Source: Camelus ferus
Lineage: Eukaryota
Length of the DNA stretch: 64,000 nucleotides
Direction of reading: 5' to 3'
Assembly: GCF_009834535.1 (NCBI RefSeq)
Contig: NC_045697.1
Location: forward strand, 64,296,001-64,360,000
Positions 12,542 through 24,404 of this stretch are shown here, in pieces (positions within the stretch are counted from its first letter, which is position 1; every line of letters starts with the position of its first letter). The translations under genes were made by a program, and so were the position numbers. Below the pieces are notes generated by a model. That model was not told the DNA's origin. It made no database searches and saw only the letters and a program-made list of their open reading frames with translations.

Positions 12542-12951
12542 TGTTGAGACTTCTGCCTCCCAATATGAAAGTTGAAATGGGTTGTATATTTCTTGGCCTC
12601 TATGGAACAGCACCTGATCTAGCTTGGCTGGTAATGGTTGCTCCACCTATGTTTTGTGAATCTTGAAAAAGTTATCCAATCATATAAGAACAAATAGATA
12701 TTCATTTTAAATTGTAATACATTCCCTGGTAGCAGTATACAGCACCAGAATATTCACTGGTGGCAGCAACAGCAAATTATCTTTCTGTCCAGGGTATTCC
12801 TATGGTCTGATCTTGGTTACTGCTGCTCCTCCTCTTTCAGCTCCCCATGGATTCTTTGAAATATCAGATACTCCTTCAATAAATCTCTTTTCTCCTTGAA
12901 TTAGCCAGAGTCAGTTACTTTTTGTTTACAATCAAGAAATCTGACTGATAC
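12542..12951 (+). mobile_element. ERV-L 3' LTR (LTR33/LTR16-like)
   Basis: Starts TG after the polypurine tract; ends caataaatctcttttctccttgaattagccagagtcag...aatctgactgataCA. Confidence 0.7.
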
Positions 12952-13199
12952 ACATGTGCTTTAAACATAATAAAAATACTGATATATATACTTTTCTACT
13001 ATAAACAAAAATTTCACATAGTTTTAATATAATAGCTTATGTGCAACAAAATCAAATGCTTTTAGCTGTTCAAAGTATTAATGCAAAGAAAAAATACATT
13101 TTCCAGAAAGTCTAGTGAAAATATAAGATATGTTAATAAAACATGATACGCAAGAAAGATTAATAGTACTACCGAGCTAGTCAGGATTAGAGATTAGAA

Positions 13200-13555
13200 G
13201 AGGGGTAATGCACCAATTCCAGGCCAGGCCCCTATGATGTTTGACACTTTCCATTTTTGCTGTCTTAATGCTGTAGGTCACATTTAGGAAGTCAATAATC
13301 CTGCTAGAGAGAAGATACCAAGCCACATTTGTTCTAGCCATCCCAGCTTAGACACCAGACATGTGAGTGTATACTCAAGCCATAGCCAAGTTTCCCGCTA
13401 AATGTACCCCAGTGAGTGACTCCAGACAACCCCAGTGGAGAAGGGCAAGCCCACTAAGCCCAACCAAAGCACAGAATGTGAGCAACGCTAAATCGTTGTT
13501 ATGTTAAGGCATTAAGTTTTGTGTGGTCTGTAATACAGAAACAGATAAGTAAGAA
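13200..13555 (+). mobile_element. MaLR MLT1 (F/G/H-like) solo LTR fragment
   Basis: ctagccatcccagc...caccagacatgtgagtg...ttaaggcattaagttttgtgtggtctgtaatacagaaacagataa resembles an MLT1 3' end. Confidence 0.7.
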
Positions 13556-15762
13556 AGAATTTATACACTTAACCTTTATTAAGACATCTGAAAAATCTAA
13601 GATAATCTCAACCTAGACATTCAGCTGGACACATAGATGTCTGTGAACTGTAATGGGATTGTTCGGTGAAACCTGGCCACAGACCCAAGGGAGAAAGAAG
13701 TCTGCTCAAGAAGGATTACAGATGTGGCGTTTAGGTCATGGAATGAAACACAAGAGCAGTCATAGGAACACCCACAAGTTGTTTGTTTGTCTGTTTTTAA
13801 AGTCTTACTATTATTTAAGTATGGTGTGTGTATGGGAGATGAGGAGAATGGTCATTAATGTGCTTTTTGGTAGTTTACAAATCTTTAGCATAGTAAAACA
13901 TAGTCATCAAGATAACCTTATATATATATTCTTCTATTTAATATTATAATTATATAGTTGAATTACATTAAAATAATAATACTGAAATTATATATTTTGC
14001 CTGTTTCAGAAATCATGACAGGAAATGTATGGCTGTAGAGGGTTTTATTGTGTGGACTCATGAACTTTGCCATACTGCTAAAATACAAAATTCCCAAATA
14101 AATAGATTATAGATTTTTAGGGGGAAAAAACTAGTTACTTTGGTCAAAAATTATGAGTCACTGAGAGAAGAAAAATAGTAGAGAGTGAATATAAAAAGGA
14201 TAATGAGGGCAATCACTACTGACATTAATACCATAATGTGAATATATAAATTTTGTCATTAACATATAATTTCCTTCCTTTATTTAATAATCTATTTTTA
14301 GTTCATATTCTTAATGATTTCTATTAAATTTTTCCATTTGTATTTGAACAGCTGAATTATATTCAACAGAAGTACACAATGTTAAAGTAGGTACAATATC
14401 TATCTTGAATTTTATAAAAACATTTTTTCATTTCTAGTGAAAATTTGATTTTTATTATCTTTAAACTAGGGAGACTATGTTTCTATACTTCTGTTTTTTG
14501 AGCACTGAAACTGGTATCTTCTCATGAATTCACACATGGAAAAATTAGGCCTAAAACAATTCTATCAATTTGTAAATTTTTCATTTGAAATCTTAGGTAG
14601 CACTATTTTTGAAAAATTAAATTTATTCTTAATTCACTGTAGATATTAGATATATCAAATGTCTGATGGACACAATTTCTGCATAATAAGCTAATCAAGT
14701 TTGCAAGTTACTAATAGTACCTATTTTTATGCCTGTCAGTTTTATGCCTGCCTTTTCCCCTGAGCTGTGATAAATGTATGTAATATTACAGTTGGAAAAG
14801 CTACCTATTTCACATTCATTGTGTATTACTTTCCTTTGTAAATAATGTATCAATTTATTTACAATACTTAATATTATTATGGTTTGTGTGACATATATTT
14901 CTGTCTTTAATCAGATATCAATCATGAGCACTAGCTTTGATCACAGAAACAGACATTTTTCTATGTGGAATACAATGGCATTTCCACAGGGAGGCATCAG
15001 TCTTCTGAAATGCTTATTTGATTGCTTTAGCCCTTAACCAGAAAACATGTGGCAAAGTAAGCCACTGTTGCAGTACTAAATTTGAAAGTTTTTGTTTTTT
15101 AAGTTTCTTTCCATTCTGATTTTGAAAAATCATTACTTTCTCTGGAAAGTAACAGAAAAGCTATTACCATTAGTAAAGCATGATTACACATTGTGACTTT
15201 TTAAAATATTGACCACAGAACTCAACATGAATGTAGATGCCCACACTACTGGAATAGTTATATTAGGTTTTGCTTTTCCAGCTTTTGCTAAAATATCTTT
15301 ACACTCACCAATTTAATTTTAGGTTACACAACCAGACATCCTTTCTCAAAGGCTGAAATTCTCATTTGGCCATATTTTACCCACATTGAAAACTAATACA
15401 ATATTGAATAATTTTTGCTAAAACAACAAATGCATATTTATACATCTAAATTAGTAGTGTTTGGTGTGTTTGTATTACATCTGTGTGCAAATATATGGTC
15501 TAATATATATTTATCTTTATCCTTTCTTTTCATGTATCTATTATTTATTTATATTATTTATCTATATTATCTATATTTCATATATAGACACATACACACA
15601 CACACTTCCAGTATTCCTTTCCGTGTATATAATGAAATAACTAATATTCATAATATTAATATAAGAAGACATTCAATTATACTGTAAAACTATCTCTAGA
15701 TGCTATTACTAATAATTATTTAAGAACTAAATTAAATATATATGAAAATGTATTAGATTATA

Positions 15763-15794
15763 ATATATATGCATACATACATATATATACATAT

Positions 15795-15860
<66 letters not shown>
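15763..15860. repeat. (AT)n microsatellite, pure (AT)27 at 15807-15860
   Basis: Seen directly in the sequence. Confidence 0.95.
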
Positions 15861-15862
<2 letters not shown>

Positions 15863-16349
15863 TTTAGTATTCTTACTGAGTATGCTAGACATGAGCAAGT
15901 TGCTTAGAATCATAGCAATGGCCAAAGAATTACTTTTCTGTTTTTGGTAACATGGTCCCCAGTGACTCTATTATTAGTTCCACTGGGACCAATTTAAAAC
16001 TATACAGCCCTGTCCTCATGGATTGAATAAAGCAATGTATCATTGTTTAAATGTGCTACTCAAAAATTTGGAACCCAGAGGAAAACACAGGGAGACTGAG
16101 TAAACAAAAAACAACCACCTCCCCAAACAATACTATTTTTACAAAGTTTTAGAAACAGTTTCTTACATCTAATTTATTTATAATGTTTAAGGTATTAAAA
16201 AAACAAGGAATCACAAATTCAATTTATGTTCTTTACATTTTTCCCTTGGGAAAATACTCAATATTTGTACCATGCGAGATATTCCACTACAGTAAACCCG
16301 AAAAAAAGGAAAGAGATTTTAAAGTATATTCAAAGCAAGTCCTAGGACA

Positions 16350-16500
16350 TCCAAGTTATTCTGTCAGCTGCTTTATATACATAAGACCTTTCAAGGCTCA
16401 CAACAAGACTGAATTTAGCTGTTATTCCTATTTGACTGAAGAAGATGAGATTCCAATGTTATTTGAATCTTTCTGACTTCAAAAATTGCAATATCTTAAT
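16350..16500 (-). mobile_element. MIR fragment
   Basis: gctttatatacataag...ctcacaacaagactga...tattcctatttgactgaagaagatgag resembles the MIR core. Confidence 0.45.
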
Positions 16501-16639
16501 GAACATAACTTGCTCTTTTCTGCCTATCTATATCTTTGCACAATTATTGCCTTGTGCAATTTATATGCATATATTCCTTTACACACTTACTAATCAACAA
16601 CTGTTCAATAAATGCTAAAATGCACGTTACACAGAACTT

Positions 16640-16910
16640 CACTCAGCTGCCTCCTTTGCATTATCTTTGCAGAAATATTCCTCCAATATCACTCTCTGTG
16701 CCATTTAATTTTGTTCACAGAACTAACTTCTTTCTGGAGTTATCATATTTTTGTTATGTATTTGTTTCATTTTATTGATTCATCGCATGTTCTTCACAAT
16801 AGATTCTATGCAACGTGACAGCACAAGGACATGTATAATTCACTGTAGTGTACAGTGCTTGGAACAAAGTAAGTATTAATGAAATAATTGGTGACTGACA
16901 GAATGGATAA
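16640..16910 (+). mobile_element. LINE-2 3' end
   Basis: ttcactgtagtgtacagtgcttggaacaaagtaagtattaatgaaataattgg...gaatgga resembles the L2 tail. Confidence 0.6.
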
Positions 16911-17654
16911 AAATATGTATAAATGAGTCCTAGGAACTGTGATAAATGAAGTTAGGTTGTCTTTAACTCTGTAATGGTGCCTTGCTACCAGCTGGTAGAC
17001 AGCAATTCTCAGGAGCTCAAATTGCATAAACCCAGAAAGTTTTAAATTAAAGGTCACCATCTGGAATGAGATCCACACATATTTAGTTCCAAAACACTGG
17101 TTTGGGGAAATTATTACATTCCAAAGCTTTTCACTAGTTCTTAAAATTGTTTATCTTGTTTACCAAAAATTAAATGTTTTCATTGGAGACTTTTAAAAGG
17201 TCAATAACTCCATCTTATCTTAATTCAAGATTTTATCAGCCCCCAAATCCTGCTTTAACTGTAAATAACAAAATTATGTATTAAGGAAAATACAGCCACT
17301 TTTTTTTAAAAACTAGGAATGAAATTTTAAAAATCCATCTAGTTTTAATGGTTAAACATTTCTAATGAGCATATGAATGAGCAAAATTAAATCATTTAAT
17401 GAAATAAAAACATGCAAGGTTTATATTCCTTAATAATGTATAATGTGTAACAAAATTCGCAGTTATGTTACTTAATTATATATATATACACATATATTTA
17501 CATTTATATAGTATTATATCATTATTAAATGCCGTAACAACTGTTGACTCAGTTAATGTTCACTGAATACTTTAAGCTTAGTATAGCATGTTGCTAATTT
17601 ATTGTGTCATTTTGTAATGAAGAACATCAGTTTCAAGAATATTAGGTCATTTTG

Positions 17655-18000
17655 CTTATTCCTTCTTTGATAAATGTTAACTGAATGTTTTCCAGGTACC
17701 AGAGAGTAAGCAAAGCATACATATTCCCTTTCATCCCCTATAGTATAAACACACTAACCAATGACACAAATAAACAAAGCTTTTTTAAACAATATGACCA
17801 AAAAAGCTCTAAAGTATATATATTTGGGGGAAACTGATCTTGCCTGAGAGTTCAGGGAAGCCTTTCTTAAGGAAGTGATATTTGAACTTTATCCTGAGGA
17901 ATGGGTAGAAATTAACTGGGAAAGAGAGAATGAAATAATTCTGCTTTACAGAATGAGGAATCAGCAAGTATAAACAGCCTAATATGGAAGAGAGCTGGTA
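17655..18000 (-). mobile_element. LINE-2 fragment
   Basis: cagggaagcctttcttaaggaagtgatatttgaactttatcctgaggaatgggtagaaattaactggg is typical antisense L2. Confidence 0.65.
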
Positions 18001-18249
18001 TCTAAATCTTCTAACTTATAATCCAATGTTGTTATGCAAAAACAAAGGGAGCAGTAGCAATTCATTTATTTTAAGCAAATAAATTATTCAACAATATAGA
18101 TGACTATCTATATTAATAAAGATACAGGTCTAGCAATACTGTAATGAAAACCAAATAACATTGGTAGAAAACAGAGCATCATAATAGCTGTGTCAGGGAC
18201 ACATATGTCACTGGTAATAGGAACCAATGAGCTTGCTACCTCATCTGTT

Positions 18250-18685
18250 TGTTCAGTGTCCTATACAAATAGCATTTTCTAACTGCAATAAGGTTAAAAA
18301 ATAATGTCAAGCACTGACTCAAACAAGACAGTTTTATTTACCTCTTAAATAACAATTTAAGCACGATCAGTCCAGGGCTATTATTGCATCACCTCTGCAT
18401 CAGGGATCTAGGACCACTTTATGTTCTCAAATACTTCCATAGAGCACTGCTTCTTACAAATGGTCCAGAGGGTACATGACTATATCTGTACTTTAAATTG
18501 TTTGAAGGCTCATTCCTACCCTTTAAAAGTTGATTACATGAGTTGAACACCTCACTTCAGGCTACATTCTATTAGCCAGAAGACAGTTACTGACCATGAT
18601 TTGCTTCACAGGAATCTAGGAAATACAGTCTTTCTTTCAGGTGTACTTGTTCCTGACTGCAACCAAAGAGTTTACATTGCTAGTG
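18250..18685 (-). mobile_element. MLT1 (J/K/L-like) LTR, probable 3' LTR
   Basis: cagtccagggct...catcagggatctagg...cattctattagccagaagacagttac...ggaatctaggaaatacagtcttt. Confidence 0.65.
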
Positions 18686-18902
18686 GCTCATTATTCCACA
18701 AGCATTATTGAGTGGCTTTCAGGTATCAGCACTTTTCAAAAGTAGAGATATATTACAGATATATCAATGAACAAAATTAAAGTGACTATTCTTGTTCTTA
18801 TATTCTAATGGAGAGAGAAACAAATAAACAAAATTATGTTTATTAAGTTGTACCTTAGAAAATTATAAGTACTATAAAAAAATAGAGGAAGTAAATTGGA
18901 TT

Positions 18903-19091
18903 GGTAGTAGTGTGCAGGTAAATGCTCTGAAAAAACGTCCTCATTTGTAGTGTTTTCCATTCTCCATGGAGTAAATACTCCCATCACAAGCAGTTTTTAG
19001 CTACCAATGTTATGTCAACCATTTTCCAAAATTTCTAAAATATTAACAATCAACTATCGTGAGCCAGTGCAAGTTGATTCCAGCATATTGG
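18903..19091. mobile_element. MER63-like hAT DNA transposon
   Basis: tagtgtgcaggtaaatg...gtaaatactcccatcac...agctaccaatgttatgtca...gtgagccagtgcaag...ccagcatattgg, with degenerate terminal inverted repeats. Confidence 0.65.
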
Positions 19092-19370
19092 TAGAATTCA
19101 AGAAAGGTATGATTTGGGATTTCAATATGATGGTTAGGAAAAGACAGATAACACAATGACATTTGCACTATCTGGATGTGTGGGAGATGAGAGCCCCAGG
19201 AAAGGAAAGAGTCTTTGCTAAAAATTAAGGATCGAGTATTTTTTAGGAATAGTAAACAGACCAGCATGGCTGATGCCAAGTAAATAAAAGAGAGTGGTAT
19301 AGGAGATGAAGTCAAAGAGAAAACAGAGATCAGATCATGTAGGGCCTTGTCAATGTTTGAAAGGGCTTTG

Positions 19371-20933
19371 CATGCAGAAATCAGTTGCACTTCTTAACAC
19401 TAACAATGAAATATCAGAAAAGGAAAGTAAAGAAGCAATCCCTTTTAAAATTGCATCCAAAAAAATAAAATACTTCAAGATAAATCTGACCAAGGAAGTG
19501 AAAGACTTATATGCGGAGAACTATAAAACACTGACTAAAGAAATTAAAGATAACTTAAAGAAATGGAAAGATATCCCATGTTCTTGGATTGGAAGAATTA
19601 ATATTGTTAAAATGGCCATACTACCCAAGGCAATCTACAGATTTAATATGATCCCTATTAAACTATCCAGGACATTTTTCACAAAATTAGAACAAATAAT
19701 CCTAAAATTTATATGGAATCACAAAAGACCCAGAATTGCCAAAGCAATACTGAAGAAAAAGAATGAAGCTAGAGGAATAACCCTCCCAGACTCCAGACAA
19801 TACTACAGAGCTACAGTAATCAAAACAGCATGGGATAAACCATAAGCAAAACAAAAACACAACCTACGGAATGGGAGAAAATATTTGCAAAAGATGAGAC
19901 TGACAAGGGCTTAATTTCCAGAATATATAAATAGCTCATACAAATTAATAAGAAAAAAACAAACAACCCATCCAAAAATGGGCAGAAGACCTAAACAAGC
20001 AATTCTCCAATGAAAACATATAAATGGCTAAAAGGCACATGACAAAATGCTCAGGATCGTGAATTATCAGAGAAATGCAAATCAAAACTACAATGAGGTA
20101 TCACCTCACACCAGTCAGAATGGCCATCATTCAAAAGTCTACAAACAATAAATGCTAGAGAGAGTGTGGAGAAAAGGAAACCCTCCTACACTGTTGGTGG
20201 GAATGTAGTTTGGTGCAGCCCTTATGGAAAACAGTATGGAGATTCCTCAAAAGACTGAAAATAGACTTACCATATGATCCAGCAACCTCACTCCTAGGCA
20301 TATATCAAGAGGGAACCTTAATGTAAAAAGATACATGCACCCAATAGCCAAGACATGGAAACAGCCTAAATGTCCATCAACAGATGACTGGATAAAGAAG
20401 CTGTGGTATATTTATAAAATGGAATACTACTCAGCCAGAAAAAAAGAATAAAATAATGCCATTTGCAGCAACTGGATGGACCTCAAGATTGTCATTTTAA
20501 GTGAAGTAAGCCAGAAAGAGAAAGAAAAATACCATATGATATCACTTACATATGGAATCTAAAACAAACAAACAAACAAACTTATTTACAAAACAGAAAC
20601 AGACTCATAGACATAGAAAACAAACTTATGCTACTGGGGGTAAGCGGCTGGGAAAGGATAAACTGGGAGTTCAAGATTTGCAGATACTAAAAAATATATA
20701 TAAAATAGATAAGCAACAAGTCACACTGTATAGCACAGTGAACTATACATACTCAATAGTGAAAATGGTGAAACTATATTCAATAATGAAATATATTTCA
20801 ATGGTGAAAAAGAATATGAAAATGAATATATGTATGTTAATGTATGACTGAAGCATTATACTGTACACTAGAAATTGACACAACATCGTAAACTGACTAT
20901 ACTTCAATAAATATATATAATACAAAAAAAAAA
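19371..20933 (+). mobile_element. Young 5'-truncated LINE-1 (camelid-like 3' UTR) with poly(A) and TSD
   Basis: ORF 19306..19845 is ORF2 ([29 protein letters not shown]); aataaa followed by a poly(A) tail; TSD aaagggctttg 19360-19370 / aaagagctttg 20934-20944. Confidence 0.95.
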
Positions 20934-21254
20934 AAAGAGCTTTGACTTTTAATGTGATCTAAGTGGGTAGGCAACCACTGAGGAGATGTGAGCAGAGAGT
21001 GACGTTATCTTAGCTTTCTTATAGTTAAAATGATCTCTTTGGCTGGTTCACTAAGAAGGGACTACAGAGAGTACATAGAAAAGATTCCTTATAAGGTTAG
21101 TGCAGTGATCCAGTCAAGAGATAAACTTGGCCCAGGTCAGTGCTGGATCAGTATATGTGAGCACAAGCGAGGACTTTGTGTATTTTGAAGGTAGAGGCAG
21201 TGGGATGTCATGGGTGACTCTAAGGATTTTGATCTGAGCAACTGGAAGCATAAA

Positions 21255-22580
21255 CACATTTGTCTGCGTTCTGGCAACCTAAAAATTATAATGCTTTTTT
21301 TCTCTCTCCCTACCCTTTATCCAACATACAATATTAAAATTGAGATAGGATAGCTATAAGAAAAACTCCCATATGGAATAGAGAATAATGGAGAACACAT
21401 AGCTGCTAGTTATCCAAAGCACCTATCACTTAGGGCTGGATGAGCAGCAAAACCCCCTGCTGCCCCACACTACAGTAGAGAGCATTCCTGGGTTGGTCTG
21501 TATCACAGCCTTTGGTTCTATTCTCTGTAAAGGACTCCTCTGTCTATCAGCCTCATTGTCCCTGACTCTGCCTACTGGGAGCTTCTTCCTCATTTATTAT
21601 TCTCTATCTCCACAACTGAATTGACCAAAAGAAGGTATGCCCTCCTTGAGGGTTTAAATTATTTCACAACCTATTTCACGTTGGTACAGTTTCTGGGACC
21701 TGGGAGTGATCTTGAGTGTCAAACAAGTAGAGGCTTTTGCAGGCTAGGCATATAGATTTGGTTGGTAATACAATCCCTTGAAAACACAGTAGGCTTTGTG
21801 TCTATTTACTTCCATACAGTACCATGAATGAGGAGACAGGCAAGGTTAGATTCTAGATATATTTCTAATCCTGAAAAGTTATCTTACTCTGTGTTCTGTG
21901 TATTTCCTACTCCACATTCCTTCATGGAGTCTACCTTGAGGCTATCTGAAACAAAGGCTTAGGAGAAACAGAAATAACCTCCATCTGAATTCTGCTGTTG
22001 AGCTGCTGCCCACTGCCTACGAAATAACTCGAAGATAGCTGTTTAAGCATGTGAGACCACAGACTTCCCTGCTTCCAAGGTTGCTTTTTCAGGGTCACCT
22101 CTTATCACTACTTCAGTTTGGTATACAAAAGCAGTTGGGTTTTTCAAGCTTGCCAGGGTTGAAATTATCAGAATTTTGATTAAAAAAAGATCATAGGCCA
22201 GGACCAAAACAACCTTCCTTATGGAAATTCTATTCTCTGATATCTCTTCTTTGAAACTCCTTATAAGTTTTCTGATGTTACCTCTGTAACAGAACCTTGC
22301 AACAAATGTTACTAAGAAAACACTTTTCAGTATTCTGATTTTTTTTTCCTATTGTATCCCCTCAAACCACAGACTCTTTTTTGTGTTCTGACTTCTGAAA
22401 TCTCCAGTATCACAGAAAGTTCTATTGGACAAGGCTGGTAACAAATGTTTTATTTTGTACAACAAAAGTAACTGAATTCTGACCTGCCATAGCTGTATGC
22501 TTGAGACCTGCCACACAAACACTAAGCTGATGATTGGTATTTGAGACTTGTAACAGCAACCCTACTTCTGGAACCAAATT
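21255..22580 (-). mobile_element. MLT1 internal sequence
   Basis: atccaacatacaat...gataggatagct...actccccat resembles the MaLR-int 3' end; cagcaaccctacttctggaaccaaattc marks the int/LTR boundary. Confidence 0.7.
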
Positions 22581-22960
22581 CTGCATATGTTTGTGCATAA
22601 TTACAAGTCATATAACAATAAAAAACTGAAAGTGGCTTTTTAAGTTATGTATTTATCTATTTCTAGCACAACAGCACAAATGAAAGCACTACAGAGACCT
22701 ACTCTTCTATCTTGTACCATTATCCTTAAGATGTTGTTTTTGTTTACATATCCAAGGAGATTCCTTAGCAAAATATTTTAATCAGCTGGGAATTGAGAAA
22801 ACAAAAGTAAAGGCCACATGCACGATCTTTAGGAGCATAATATGAAAGTTGCACTACACCTCATGTTTCATTGGCCTGAACTTAATCACATGGCTGCTCA
22901 AGGCAATCAGATGTGTCTGGAAAGTGTGTATTTTTGATAGATAGTTATATCTAAATTCTA
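22581..22960 (-). mobile_element. MLT1 LTR, probable 5' LTR
   Basis: tttcattggcctgaacttaatcacatggctgc...ctggaaagtgtgtatttt; directly abuts the internal sequence. Confidence 0.65.
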
Positions 22961-23689
22961 AGGTTATTAAGACCATCCTTAACTTTTCATTTATATTTAA
23001 ATTATATTAAGAGAGTTCTTATAGGGGTCTATGAGTATGTAGGAGAAGAGATGTGTCAACGAGTGGTCCTTACAGCTGCGGTGGGTGATGATCAACTGGC
23101 AATCATTGTGTTGGGAGACTGAACACGTGGAGGTATTTGCCCTGAGGGGTTAAGAATTCACAAACTAGCCTCTACCTCTAGGGTTCTTTATGCAATTTCT
23201 TTAGAGGGTTTTTTAGCCTGCTAAGTTTAGATGCTAGCTCCTAGGCATACTGTTCACACAGATGTGAAAGAAGAATTGAAAGAATCGATTTACCTCATAA
23301 GTCTGAACAAACCCATTGGATCATTCCTGCTTTCCATCAGCCTTAGGGCTTCCAAGAGCTACTCTCTGAGGGATTGCAGGGAAAATTGCAACTTCTTAGC
23401 TATAGCTTCTTCTATGCACAGCCCAGGTTCCAGCCTCCTCTAGCTTGCTGCAGTCAAAGAAATTGCTCATTTGACTGCAGATCCTCAGCAAGAACAGAGA
23501 ACCCTTCATTTGTTGTCTGTTCTCTAAAAATCTGTTAAAATTTCTTTCTTGCTAATGGTGCCCCTGTTTCCCTTTGTTCTATTGTTTAGTGTCCTTTTCT
23601 ATTTCTTTTAATACTTTTGTAATGAGGACTTGGAATTTGAAGATATAACTGTATATAATTCTATCATGGTGGACTTGAAATACCTTATA

Positions 23690-24404
23690 GCAACTTAGTT
23701 TTATTTCACTTATTCCTTCTCTGATATTCTTCTTTTCTTTATATCAATACAAGTTCTCACCTATGTCATCTTCTTTCTGAAGAACTTCTTTTTAACACTT
23801 CTTGCAAGCCATGTTTACTGTCCATAAAATCCCTCAATTTTTGTTTTCTGAAAGTCATTATTTCTTCTTTATTTTTTGAATGATAATTTCACTACATATA
23901 GAATTCTTGGTTTCAGGTCTTTTCTTTCAAAATTAAATATTTACTCTCTTCTTGCTTGCATGGATTCCGAAAAGAAGTCTTACATAATTCTTATCATTTT
24001 TCATCAGGTTTCACCATAATCTAGTGTCTTTTAAGATTTTTTCTTAGTCTGTTTTTTTTTTGCAATTTGGATATGATATGCCTAGGTTTCCTTTTCTTTT
24101 CTTTCCTTTTTTTTTTTTTTTTTTTTTTTTGGTGTGAGTCGGGGCAGTATTTATCCTGCTTCTTCTTTGAGGTTCCTGAATCTTTGGTCTGACGTCTGCT
24201 CCCTGTAACCTGTGATTCTCTGTGTTTTCCTATCTCTCCAATTTGGGGGTTGGGGGTTGGGGGTGTGGCCTGCCCTGTGTCTTCAATTTTCTGGTGAATC
24301 TTAAAAGAGTTGCTGATTTTCAGTTGGCTTATTTTTTGTTTCTTGTTGTAAGGCTAAGAGAGATGACTTCCAAGTTCCTTACATGTTAAATCAGAAATTG
24401 GAAG
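23690..24404 (-). mobile_element. Old LINE-1 (L1MC-like) 5' end plus ORF1 remnant
   Basis: Minus strand begins gcttccaatttctgatttaacatgtaaggaacttggaagtcatc; ORF1 antisense text such as tagaattcttggtttcagg...cttgcttgcatggattc. Confidence 0.65.

Larger units (their letters stand above)
18686..21250 (-). mobile_element. LINE-2 3' portion, interrupted by MER63 and L1
   Basis: Starts with the L2 tail complement (cattattccacaagcattattgagtg); agggccttgt...ctttgacttttaatgtga...gagcagagagtgacgttatc is continuous across the L1. Confidence 0.7.

Noticed and set aside
19306..19845. 179-aa ORF
   Set aside because: Chance L2-derived start fused to a truncated L1 ORF2 piece.
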